Assembly (NCBI RefSeq): GCF_001194135.2
Contig: NC_069005.1
Span: forward strand, 16,212,916-16,276,915
Length of the DNA: 64,000 nucleotides
DNA from: Octopus bimaculoides
Taxonomy: Eukaryota
Direction of reading: 5' to 3'
Shown piece after piece: positions 24,165 through 36,560 of the stretch (positions within the stretch are counted from its first letter, which is position 1; each line of letters starts with the position of its first letter). Under the pieces are notes generated by a model, which saw only the letters and a list, made by a program, of their open reading frames with translations, was not told where the DNA came from and did not search any database. Made by a program: the position numbers and the translations under genes.

Positions 24165-26195
24165 CAGCTATGTTGAAACAGGTGATACAGGAAAGTGCAG
24201 CATTGACAACAAAATATTTGTGCTCTAATTCAACTAGGCGACATGTAATACGTCCGTTTGGAGAATTCCAGGCCCTAACCTGTCATGGAATATTGGGAAT
24301 GGGGGTTGGGTAATTTTTGAATCTACTGAAACGCTGTCAGTGGGTATACTCGCCTTTGAGGTGGCATGACCCATCATATGGTTGACAGTCAACTGAATAG
24401 AGGTGTAATGGAGATATTGCATGTAAATGGGTACATTCCAAAAATGGACTGCAATGAGAGACAGCAATAGGGAAATGAACTGTTGAAATGTTGCAGAAGG
24501 CAAAGTGCTGACATTGGATTGCTTATGTGGCTGTAGAATAAGAAACAAAGTGAGCCTATGCAGTGACATGAGAATATGTAGTAATAAATTACTTGAAAAA
24601 ATAAGGCAAAATGGCTTACTGCATAGTTGGTGGGAGTAATTGGAGAATATGCTTTGATACTGAAGTCCATGCAGGAAACTGTTTTGTTTGTGCAGACTTT
24701 GAATTTGTTGGCATTTTTATATATATAGATATGTAGCCGTGTGTATGTTTAATAACGTACTTAATGCAGAAAGACAGACACTCTATGAGACATCTACACA
24801 CTCATACACTTACACACATACACTCACAGACAGATATACAGTCATATACAAAATGTGATGTAGTCACCATCATAGAAAGATTATCTCTATGATATGTTAT
24901 ATTGTTTTAATGGAAATGAAAATAAAATCTCATATTGACATTGGCCAGTCCTCATATACATATAATAAGATAGACACACACAGACATACATTTACGCATG
25001 TCAGTCGTTACATATATGTAGATGTGTGTGTGTGTGTGTGTGCTTAATAGCGTACCATTACATATGTATATGTGTAGATGTGTGTGTGTGTGTGTTTAAT
25101 AACGTACTTAACGCAGAAAGACACACATACTATGAGACTCATACACCTACACACATACACTCAGACAGATACACAGTCATATACAAAATGTGATGGCGTT
25201 GTGGTATAAAATATTGTTGACAACAGAAACATTATCTCTATGAAATGTTATATTGTTTTAATCAAAATGAAAATAATTGAAAGGAAAATAAAATTTCATA
25301 TTGACACTGACCAGCCCTCACATACATATAGTGTGTTTAATAATGTACCCAACACAGAAAGATACACACACTCTAAGACATACTCACACACATACATTCA
25401 CAGAATGATACACGTCATATACAAAATGTGACGTCATTGACATGGCTAGAGTTAAAAGTAAAAGTATAAAAGTGATGTTACATATGTATGTGTAGATGTG
25501 TGTGTGTTTAATAATGTACCTAACACAGAAAGACACACACACAATGAGACATATACACACTCATACACTTACATACATACACTCACAGACAGATACACAG
25601 TCATATACAAAATGTGATGTCGTTGTGGTATAAAATGTCCTGTTAACAATAGAAAGATTATCTCTATGAAATGTTACATTGTTTTAATTGAAATGAAAAT
25701 AAAATTTCGTACTGACACTGACCAGCCCTCATATACATGTAGTATGTTTAATAATGTACCTAATGCGGAAAGACACATACACTGTAAGACACTCATACAC
25801 TCACACATACATTCACACGACAGATACACAATCATATGCAAAATGTGACGTGGTTGTGGTTAGAATTAAAAGTATAAAAGTGAAACAATATATCACTTTA
25901 CAATATAGATCTTATTCTTTCACTTTTATTCTTTGGCATTTGACACACAATACCGAACCAGTGCAAATGTGGCATTATTTTAAAGCAAATGACAAAAGAA
26001 AATTACATGTTGACATTTACAAGGTCTGATAGTATTACTATGTAAAATTTGATTTGATTTGGTTGAGCCGTTTGAGAATGCATTGGGAACAGAGAGACAA
26101 AGAATTTTATAAACATAGATCTCTTGATTTGATGGAGCCGTTTGAGAATGCACAGGGAATACACAGAGAGACAAAGAATTTTATATAGAGAGAGA
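24075..26195 (-). mobile_element. Non-autonomous Helitron A with both termini and internal tandem modules
   Basis: 5' A|TCTCTCTCTATATAAAATTCTTTGTC at 26195. 3' cccaagcaacgccaggtatctttgCTAG ending at 24075. The subterminal block aaacggctccaccaaatcaaatcaaatttt is duplicated, and 250-400-bp internal modules are repeated. Confidence 0.8.
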
Positions 26196-26746
26196 TGATT
26201 TCTTTTATTTGCCACCAGGGCAGACACAGCTGTAACCCCATTAATAAAGGGTCTACAGGACTAGACACGGAAATAACAAAAACGATATTACATTAATGGT
26301 CTATCTTTTTGGTACTAGGTCAGCGATTTTGTGGGGAAGGGATTAGTCGATAGTATCGACCCTAATACTCGACTGGTACCGTAATTTAAACTCACCGGAC
26401 GGATGAAAGGTGAAGTTCACCTTGGTCGCATTTGGGCTCAAACTGTAAATACCGCGAAACAAATTATCCAACATTCTAACAATCCCTCTAAATAGCGATG
26501 CCCATCAATAGTAAGTGGGTGAAGTTTCAATAATGGCTGTTCCTCGAAGTATCACTCCGCATGGATACCCCACCCACTTCGTGTTGAAAGTATTTCTGTA
26601 TTACAAGCAACGGAAAATATTCAAAACCCCGCCGATAATTGTTTTGTAACATAAGCATTAAACCAAATTTGGTACGAGAGATTACTTTGTACTGTATTTT
26701 AGCGGTTGCCCTCAGTGGGATTTGAACTCAGAACGTGAAGTGGCGT

Positions 26747-26832
26747 AGGTAAAGAATACGCACACCCGGTGTTTAGGGTTAGGTTAAGTTTAGGGTTATA
26801 CCTAAAACGGGTGGTGTGTGTATTCTTTATCT
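26747..26832. repeat. Small imperfect inverted repeat with a TTAGGG-like loop
   Basis: aggtaaagaatacgcacacc..gtttagg / cctaaaac..ggtgtgtgtattctttatct flank gttaggttaagtttagggttata. Confidence 0.8.
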
Positions 26833-27207
26833 CTGCCCGTAAAGTGGGGTCTCGGATACAAAAACAACATTAATTAGAAGACAAATAACTTCGAATGCTC
26901 AGTCACAAAAGGTAAACAAATGTAGAAAAGACTAATTTCTAACACTGATATAAGGTGAAGAATTTGAGAAGAAACTGTCGGTTATATCGACCAGGAGAGG
27001 ATGAAACGCGAAGTTGACCAAGGTAGAATTTGAACTCAAAACAATAAGGACCCGCAACTAAATAATGGGATTTGTAACAATTCGGAAAATATTTGTTAAT
27101 GAGTTTTATGATGATGTCAAAGTTCATCTAATTAATGTATATATACATTACTATAGCTTAAATATATGTATTAATTATTCATTTTTAAAAATAAGTAAAC
27201 AAAATAG

Positions 27208-27422
27208 GGTAAATTTTCAGATTAACACCCTCACGATCTTCACTAGGGTGTTAGGGTTAGGGTTTTAGGGTCAGGGTTAGGGTTTTAGGGTTAGTTTTAG
27301 GGTTAGGTTAGGGTTCCGGTTAGGGTTAGGGACGGAATTCCCTAACCCCAAAAATCCTAACCTAAAACCCTAACCCTAACACTCTAGTCAAAGTTGTGCG
27401 GGTGTTAATCTGAAAAATTACC
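27208..27422. repeat. Foldback with head-to-head degenerate telomeric repeats (TTAGGG)n-GAATTC-(CCCTAA)n
   Basis: About 40-bp non-telomeric inverted arms (ggtaaattttcagattaacaccc.. / ..gggtgttaatctgaaaaattacc). Telomeric-like tracts at ~27248-27331 and ~27340-27381, centre GAATTC at 27335-27340. Confidence 0.92.
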
Positions 27423-28117
27423 AAATATAGGAAGAATTATAATTGAATGTTACTTTTTTTTTCATCGACCTTCAATAAAAAAAATACATAATACTGAAAC
27501 ATTGCCATTTTAAAAAAGTGTTTCATTCATTCAATTAAAAAGTGTTCATGTTTCTACAATATCATGTAAGAAACTTTGTTACGAGTTGTTTTTTAATTCT
27601 TTCTTTTTTTTTCATTCATTGAAAAGTTTTCCTAACAACGACCACTCAATTATAATTGTATAACTGACATACAAAATAAAACAGCGTGAATAAATTCTAT
27701 ACATATTTACAAAACAAAAATATATACATACATGGAGGAAATGAGTTTATTTTCTTTTTTCGGTCTAAACTGTGGGTGAACTACATCGTGTTTTTGTTAC
27801 TAGCAATAATGTCTCATATAATTCTTGCTCTCGTGGTTACACACTACACAGAGTAACTAAACAAGTCACAGAAATTTACTATCCCGTAATAAACAACACA
27901 CCTGTCTCTCACCTTCCTTTATCTGCCTAATTAAGCAACTGTCAAGGTATATTCCACGTTTCTGTCATTTCTTCCTCTCTCCCTCCCTCTTTCACATATT
28001 TTTATATCTCTATCTTATTTCTCATTCATATCCTCTTACCTTTTCTAATCGTTTTAGTTTCTTTGTTTCTTTTCAGTCCTGTCCTTCTCTCCTTTTTCTT
28101 TTCTCGTTATTTCTTCG

Positions 28118-28152
<35 letters not shown>

Positions 28153-28754
28153 CCATAACACCTCACTCTCATTATCTGATTATTTACCGATAGTTTTCTT
28201 GACATTCTTTCTTTTAATATGTCACACATCTATTTGGACGGTTTTCTACCCTTATATATTTCTCCCTTCCATCTTGTTTTCATCTATATATGTCTCTATC
28301 TATTTCTCTCTCTTTATTTTTTCTATCTAGCTACATACATGTATGTGTAGTCCTTACTACGTTTTTCTTTTCTCTCTCACTTTGCGTCTGCATTTCCGGC
28401 CATGCTGCAGCACCGTCTTTAGTCAAGGAAATCGACCCTAGGACTTATCCTGTCGGTCTCTTTTGCCGAACCGCTAAGTTACGAGACGTAAACACACCAG
28501 CATCGGTTGTCAAGCGATGATGGGGGACAAACACACACAAACATATATATATATATACGAAGGGCTTCTTTCTCTTTCCGTCTATTAAATCTACTCACAA
28601 GGCTTTGGTCGGCCCGAGGTTATGGTAGAAGACACTTGCCCAAGGTGCCACGCAGTGGGACTGAACCCCTGTTACTTTCCCTCTCCTTCTTCTGGATTTC
28701 AACAGTTCTTTTTTGTTTCAGTTATCCTCTTCAGTTATGTTATATCTTACCCTA

Positions 28755-28792
<38 letters not shown>

Positions 28793-28865
28793 GCACACAT
28801 ACACACAAACACACACCGAGTACCACATTGGTCCTTGTATTTTCTAATGATTACAAATGTCAGCG

Positions 28866-30691
28866 GTTGAAAAACTTGGATCTAGTTTTCTCATTTGCTA
28901 AATGAGCCCCCTTTAATTTTGCTCTGATTTCTTTCAATTTTGGTGTATCAATGCAACTCTGAATGTTGATTATGATCAACCAATTACTTCATCTTGTAAA
29001 TTACAGAATCTGATGTTATTTGGAATTAAAGGTGGGAAATTTGGGTAATTTTAGCCAATCAACAGACAACGAAGCATTAACAGCTTGTTACCATGACAAC
29101 CGCACCTTGCGTTGTGTTTCACCTGCATGTGTTGATTCTTCACACGACGAGATTTACTTCATCCGTGTGTTTTGTTTTAATAAAAATTTATATTTATCAA
29201 TTAGAATCTTATTGTAGTGGGAAAGGAGTAGCAAAAGATGTTGAGGTAACAGATGAAATAGGCACGTGGACGACATCAAAGTAAAACAATGGGAAAGCAT
29301 CGGATTGTGGTTTGAATAATTTATTTAATCAACACTTGCATTTACTTGTATATACCAAAAAATTCACTGCATGGCATTTACCAGCTTGCTTCGAGTTGGT
29401 GAAGAAGAAAATAAACGAAGGAAATACTGTGTCGATGTGATGCGGTAGAACTGGGCATGTTTTGTGTCTGTGTGTGCGTTGGTCATTCGGTGGAGTCTGT
29501 TTATGTTCTGCGACTGTTACTGTGTTGGATCGTTCATGCTGAATATGTGGTTCCATGTTGGCTGCATGACTGGCGCAAGTTACTTGCTAGCTGTCTCGCC
29601 TGGTGATGGCTCTCAGCAGTCCCTTGAGGGATTGCTGTATTTATAATGGTAATGACAACTAGAAGGACAGACATACCACAGGAGTAATTTCTACTTATGT
29701 AAGTCGCCTCCTGTCCATTTGAACCTTAAACGACACAGCTCAGGTCATAGGTCGAAGAGAAATCCATCCATCACTTTTTGACAGGAGAAAGAAATTTCTC
29801 TCACGCCTGTTTGGCCAGTGGTAGATCAGACGAGCGAGAATCCTTAGATTCGGTTTCGAATCTCAGCTCAGAAAAAGAAGTGTTAATTTTTAAATTATCA
29901 TAGATATTTTTCGTGAATTGTCTTAATATTTTACATATTTTTCATGTATAGCAAAAGTTGTTTACTATGTTTATACAGTTTCTTGGCATTATGAAGGTGA
30001 ATGGAATATGTGAACTTAGTTCAGATAATTTGACATTATTTTTGAATTCTGCATGCAAAAACATAGAAGATACGGGTATTTTTTTCTTGGGACAAATTCT
30101 TTGTTGACCAGTGTTAACATAAAAACGTTACTCAACTTTGAATTTTAGGAGACAGACGCCCCCTTATCACACACACGCGCGCGCATTTATATATTAATGA
30201 TGTACGCAAATACATGACAGGTATACATAATACTGAAATATGCATAGACCCGTGCAAATATATTTATATTAAAAAATTTTTAAATAATAAAAACACAATC
30301 AATGAAGAAACAAAAGAAACAGTAAGATGATACGTATTGATTTTATTAGGTATTTCTGGCTATTTAAAAACCTACAATGAAATTAGGTATTTCTGTTTAT
30401 TTAGAAACCTACAATGAAGAGGTCATGTCACAGACGCTTAACTATAAATTTCACAGGGTACAACCTTAAAGTTGACACCACTCCTCTCCTCTAAACGCAG
30501 AAAATTTCTGTCTCGCTATTGGCTAAATATACACAATTTTTCGATTTTGAAACCTCTGTAACTTTTTCCTCCAATTTTTTTCTTCACAGCATCATACTTT
30601 CATAGCAATTAGACTGGAAAATTTTATTATTATAGCCGATTTTCAAATTTTTTACTGTCTTTTAAAAAATGAATATTTTGCGAATGAAAAC
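28866..30691 (+). repeat. Long dispersed repeat, copy 1 (inverted relative to 49750-51046); carries ~0.7 kb extra sequence at 29190-29880
   Basis: Block-by-block reverse-complement match, e.g. ctcatttgctaaatgagcccc, ttagccaatcaacagac, gggacaaattctttgttgaccagtgtt and cacagggtacaacctt. Confidence 0.88.
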
Positions 30692-30949
30692 NNNNNNNNN
30701 NNNNNNNNNNNNNNNNNNNNNNNNNNNNNNNNNNNNNNNNNNNNNNNNNNNNNNNNNNNNNNNNNNNNNNNNNNNNNNNNNNNNNNNNNNNNNNNNNNNN
30801 NNNNNNNNNNNNNNNNNNNNNNNNNNNTAAAATAAATCTGTAGAATCCAAAGTAGTGAGATTCTACTTCGGCAGATAGGTGGTACACAAAATTTAAAATG
30901 CATTTCAGAATTTTTCAGACTTTTCCAGGAGAGAAATCTATTAATTCCA

Positions 30950-31700
30950 GAGAAGTACAAAACTCCTTCAAATTAGAATCCTCTGACTTCAATGCACATG
31001 TAGCGTTCCAGCCACTTTGTGAAGCCCCCATGGAAATCCTTTGAAGTGAAGGTGTCCAGGACCCTTATTACAGCCTCCTTCATTTTCAAAATGGCTGCCC
31101 CTGAATTTTTCCTTCACCTTGAGAAACAACCAAAAGACACAGGGACGGAGGTCTGGAGTGTAGGGAGGGGGAAGGACAGTTTTGATGCCCATCTCTGTCA
31201 AGTAGTTGGTTACCAGGATGCTCGTCACTGGGCATCTTGGGAACAAGCTTCACAAATTTTGTGCATGATCAGATCTTCACAAATAATTCTGTGTACTGTT
31301 GCCACACCAACCCAGACTGTATAATTATTGTCTTTATAGACACACGATGGTCTTCATCTTGAAAACTACAAATTTTCTCAACCAGCACTGATATTCTGAC
31401 GTCTCTTTCCTCCCACACCCCTCTTCATCTCTATTGTCCACTCTACTGCCCTGAAACTTCTTGAACCAGCAAAAAACACATCTTCAGCTCATACAAACTA
31501 ATCAATAAGCAATCTGGAGCATTTCATAAGTTTCTGTAGCGTTTCCGCTCTGTTGAACATTGTTTTCACATCCCAACTGGCAACATTCTGTCAACTAGTC
31601 AGCTTTGAAAAGTAGTGTTGTGAAGGGTGTTTTCTAAGTGCTGTTACAGTCGACCCAGTCAATCTCGAAAAACAAAAGTTGGCAGCTCAGCTTATTAGAT
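30950..31700 (-). mobile_element. mariner transposon remnant
   Basis: GNATETYEMLQIAY (HTH, ~31480-31560) and TVLPPPYTPDLRPCVFWLFLKVKEK (YSPDL-type motif, 30989-31246). Confidence 0.85.
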
Positions 31701-33030
31701 GTATGGTAATGATATACTAAAATCACAATAATCTAGAAAGGTTATAACTGCTTCTCCTAACACTTCTGAAATGCACTTAGTACGGTAAATCAATATTGAC
31801 ATGCAATAGATGAAAAGGCTAACATTTCAGACAGGATCCCTCGTCAATATTAGAATTTTCTCCCTTCCTCGCAGCAAACTCGTTTATTCATCTTTTTGAA
31901 CTTTCATAAAACAATAATACTTGATGAATATGATAATCCAACTCACAAAACTGGCTGTTATAACAGTTTAGTGAGAGTAGCCACTAATTTAAAGTATGAA
32001 AATGTTTGTGAAAAAGTCCAATAAGTGTGCTTTTGAGAAGCATATGTAATGAATGTCAGAAGGCAGCTTTTTTAAATAAAACATTGTAACTTTATTAACA
32101 GAGGAACGAGTGCAGACAAGTATCAAGAGGTGTAGCCTGTATGAGTATGGGAGTCAGGTAAAGCATTATGACTTACTTTTGCTCAAAATGATTCTGTTGG
32201 AAACTGTTGTAAGCTAATAGGAATAAAGCTAGATTAACAAAAATATACAGTTCATTATGAGGCAGAGTTGTGACTGATGTCATCCACACTTTCGAGGAGC
32301 GAAGTTAGCATAAATGAACTAGGTTTTTCAGGAGGTGACAAGTCAAGAGCCGATATAATTCCAAGCTGGCTGCACGAAATTGGTGGTGAAAAACCAAATG
32401 CTGTTTCATATTGAAAGGAGAACTGTTGCTGCTACGCCATCTTTTCACCAACTCACTAAAAACCGCGCTTTTCTGCTTGGACAGAGAACTGCCTTTTGTA
32501 ATTCCTATGTGTCCAGCTCTGATTGGCTGGAGTATGCCAAAGCACAACTGTACTATGCCTCGGCAACACAAATAGCTTTCCTGGCTCACTACAACAGGAT
32601 TCTTTTTCTCTAATCTATCGATAGATAACAAATTAAACTTTACTCGTTGACCAGATTTCAAAGTAATTTACAAAGTTCCGGGAGTGCCATAGAATACATT
32701 TCTGTAAATTTTGAATAATGTGGATTAACAAACCAATTGTTTTGTATAATAACTACCATGAGTTAAGAAGATTAAGAATTCCAGAAATGCCTGGAAAATT
32801 CTAAGTCAATGGCAAGCTAATATAATCCAGAAGATTTAAAAGCTACTGATAGTGTGTACTTCTCTATCAAGTAAACCAAGACAAACAAATATATCTCATC
32901 TTTTGAAAATCTTTCATCTGTTACTTATTTCAGTCAGTAGACTGCGGCCATGCTGGGGCACCATCTTGAAAAAATTTTAGTCAAATAAATTGACTCCAGT
33001 ACGTACTTACACATGCATACATATAAATAT

Positions 33031-33092
<62 letters not shown>

Positions 33093-33404
33093 CATATGTA
33101 TATATATATATATATATATAATAAATGAAAAGAAAATGGAGATTTACGATTGACATATTTTAATTTATTAACATAATATAATATTATTAACATTATAATG
33201 TAATATAATATAATTGTAAATATTATAACACTCAAATTGTTTCGATTCAGACCCAATAATAAATTTTAAAAAGTTCCTGTTTATGAGTAAGAATCAGGGA
33301 AATATTTATAAATTTCATATCAGGATTTTTAGGTCCTTTGACATTATGAGAGTAATGGCAATTTTACTGATATTCTTTAGGAGTGTACATATTTCTGTGT
33401 GATA

Positions 33405-33441
<37 letters not shown>

Positions 33442-33483
33442 TGGATGGATATGCATACACACATGCGCGCGCACACACACACA

Positions 33484-34104
33484 TATATTGTCTGAATTTT
33501 ATGGTGCTAATTATCCATCACAGCTGGTCTTACCAATTGGTTTCGCGTGAAATTATATAATGGAGTGTTAGGCAACAAACCAGTTATATAATATATGCCC
33601 GTCAGAGATAGCCGACATGGTGACTGCTCTCTACTGTTGGAGGTGATAATGAGCACAACCGGTAGGATGAAAAAAAGTTCCAGGGGAGTCAGTTATGAGT
33701 TATGTCTCTTGGTTAAATTTGCCGTTGAGTTGGCAAAAGGAAATTTAGAAGTGGAGAAGGGTTGTATTAAAATTGTGTGGTTTTCCTTGTCGGGGTGGGG
33801 TGTGTGTAAAGGATAAAGTTCCTTTTGCCAACTCAACAGCAAACTTAACCATGGGACATAACTCATAACTGACTCCCGTAGAACTTACACCACCATTACA
33901 CAGCAGACGCCGAATGGTCGTGCTCATTTCCACTTTCAACAGTGGAGAGCGGACGCCATTTCCCCTTCCATGCTGGCTATCTCTGACGAGCGTATATTAT
34001 ACAACTGGTTTGTTGCCTAACACTGCCTTATATAATTTCACTTGAAACCGATTGGTAAGAGCAGCCATGATGAATAATTAACACTATAAAATTCAGACAA
34101 TGTA
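33484..34104. mobile_element. ~620-bp foldback element (arms ~270 bp, spacer ~70 bp) with TA ends
   Basis: tatattgtctgaattttatggtg..ccgttgagttggcaaaaggaa is mirrored by ttccttttgccaactcaacagc..ataaaattcagacaatgta. Confidence 0.92.
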
Positions 34105-34499
34105 CCCACTCTACTAACAGTTATACGAGTGCATCTTCTCCCTGTAAATGACTCAAGTAGTATATATATATATATCTATCTATCTATCTATCTATCTATA
34201 TATATNNNNNNNNNNNNNNNNNNNNNNNNNNNNNNNNNNNNNNNNNNNNNNNNNNNNNNNNNNNNNNNNNNNNNNNNNNNNNNNNNNNNNNNNNNNNNNN
34301 NNNNNNNNNNNNNNNNNNNNNNNNNNNNNNNNNNNNNNNNNNNNNNNNNNNNNNNNNNNNNNNNNNNNNNNNNNNNNNNNNNNNNNNNNNNNNNNNNNNN
34401 NNNNNNNNNNNNNNNNNNNNNNNNNNNNNNNNNNNNNNNNNNNNNNNNNNNNNNNNNNNNNNNNNNNNNNNNNNNNNNNNNNNNNNNNNNNNNNCAGTA

Positions 34500-35752
34500 A
34501 TCAGTTCTCGTGACAGAGGGGTTTCATCATTTTGGATGTTTGAAGAATAAGAAGAATGAGCCTAGAGAGTGAACCAAATGAAGCAACAGGTGGCAAGGAG
34601 GACAACTGGCTCCTTAGTATAATTTGGAAAATGGTCAAATTTGTATATTGAGGTGTGGTCTGTCCTTTTGTATGAACAGGTTTTCCTTGTTGTATTGAAA
34701 TTGAATCTTTGCATTGGTTTAATAGGAAGATATGAAAATTTGGTGTCTTTTTACTTGCGCATCTGTCGATTTGTCGGCTCAGTGCTATCTGCCTGTATTG
34801 ATGGAAATGAATCTGTTCTTTATTGAGGGAAATGAATCTGTTCTTTATGAGACTCTGCGTCTCAAAGTAAGGCTCGTTTGGCCCACATAATTGTGATCAC
34901 AACCTGAGCAGGTTAGGACATAGATAAGGTTCTGTAAAGCTGGTCTTAATTGAGAATTTTGTCCTTGCCTTCAGTTAGGTGTGGGCATGTACCACAATTA
35001 GGTCGTCTGCATTTTTTAACTGTTGGTACCGTTTGTATTGAGTATAGTTTTGCATTTGTTAGGAGTCCCTTGAATGATTTGTCTTGTCTTTTGCATTTTA
35101 GTAGTTTGTGTGTATTTAGGATGCTGTTCATTTTCGGGTCTTGAGTGAGCAGAGGGAGATTTTGTATAATTGTGTTGTATGCTTCATTGTTTCTGGGATT
35201 ATGGGTTGATATGTATGGGAGTGATTTAATGTGAGGCGTGGTGTTTTGTTTTGTTGTCCTTAGTGTGTTTGCGTTCAATTTCTTGGCACATTTAATTCCA
35301 TGTTCTATAAGTGTAGGTGGGTATTGACGTTCAATGAGTGTTATTTTGAGTTCTTGTAGGTGAAGTTCCCGAATGGTTGTGTCAGATACAATTGTACAAT
35401 TTTTGCTAGATTGAATGGGATATTTATTTTGGTGTGTTTAGGATGGCATGAACTGAAAAGGAGATACTGTTTTGAGTCTGTTGGTTTGTAGTAAATATCG
35501 GTTGCAATTTGGTTGTTGGACTTTTTAAAAATCAAAATGTCCAGAAATGGGAGCTGTTCCTTGCTATATTCCATTGTAAATTGGATGTTGGGGTTTTATA
35601 TTGTTCAGTGTGGATTTGAGATCCAGGAGTTTATCATGAGTTTCATTCTAGATGATAAAACAATCGTCTAGGTACCTTTTCCAGTTTTCTCTTATATACT
35701 GGTGAATAGGGTTCCAAACTTTTGGAGCGAAAGTTCATAGAGGGTAGATTTA
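34500..35752 (-). mobile_element. Penelope-like retroelement remnant (RT C-terminus + GIY-YIG region)
   Basis: QLPFLDILI..TDIYYKPTDSKQYLLFSSCHPKHTKINIPFNLA (35341-35574) and the CRRPNCGTCPH Zn-linker (34946-35278). Confidence 0.88.
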
Positions 35753-35959
35753 NNNNNNNNNNNNNNNNNNNNNNNNNNNNNNNNNNNNNNNNNNNNNNNN
35801 NNNNNNNNNNNNNNNNNNNNNNNNNNNNNNNNNNNNNNNNNNNNNNNNNNNNNNNNNNNNNNNNNNNNNNNNNNNNNNNNNNNNNNNNNNNNNNNNNNNN
35901 NNNNNNNNNNNNNNNNNNNNNNNNNNNNNNNNNNNNNNNNNNNNNNNNNNNNNNNNNNN

Positions 35960-36560
35960 ATGAAGAGGCATGCTGTTATTGTGGTTATAAAGGCTGAGCA
36001 TAGTGATTTAGAAATATCTCGATTTTTAAAAGATGCCAGATCTTTCATCTACAAAGTTTGTAAGGAGCTAGAGACTGAAGATGGAAACATATTGCCAGTA
36101 TCAAAGCAGAAAAAGCATTCTAAACACTCTGAAATCATCAGAACACCTGAATTTATTCAGCAAGTTCAACAGACTATTGATTACAATTCCAGAAAGTCAA
36201 TGAGGTCAATTGCAAAAGATTTCCAAGTGTCAGAAGGAACAGTCAGAAATGTTATCCACGAAGACATCTTATATAAGTCTTATATGATGAGGAAAGGTCA
36301 ATTTGTTAGAAAAAGAAAAAGAAAATCACTACATCACATCTAAAAGGCTCTTAAACAAACTGAAAAATCCAGCTGAAGAAGATTTGATTTGGTTTTTCTC
36401 AAATGAAAAAGACTTTGACCAAGTTCGAAAAGTTAACCGAAAAAATGACAGGTGGTTATGTGCAGACCCTTCTGAAGTTCCTACAACTGTCATGGTTTTA
36501 GAGGTTGTCGGCAATGAAGGACATGTGATGCCTCCTCACTTATTTCCACAAGGTCTGCCT
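35960..36560 (+). mobile_element. maT (DD37D)-like Tc1/mariner transposase remnant
   Basis: KSMRSIAKDFQVSEGTVRNVIHED and WFFSNEKDFDQVRKVNRKNDRWLC..VMVLEVVGNEGHVMPPHLFPQGL. Confidence 0.85.

Noticed and set aside
29805-29875. tRNA gene
   Set aside because: A-box and B-box-like words are present, but there is no acceptor-stem pairing or cloverleaf. At best a degenerate tRNA-derived SINE head.
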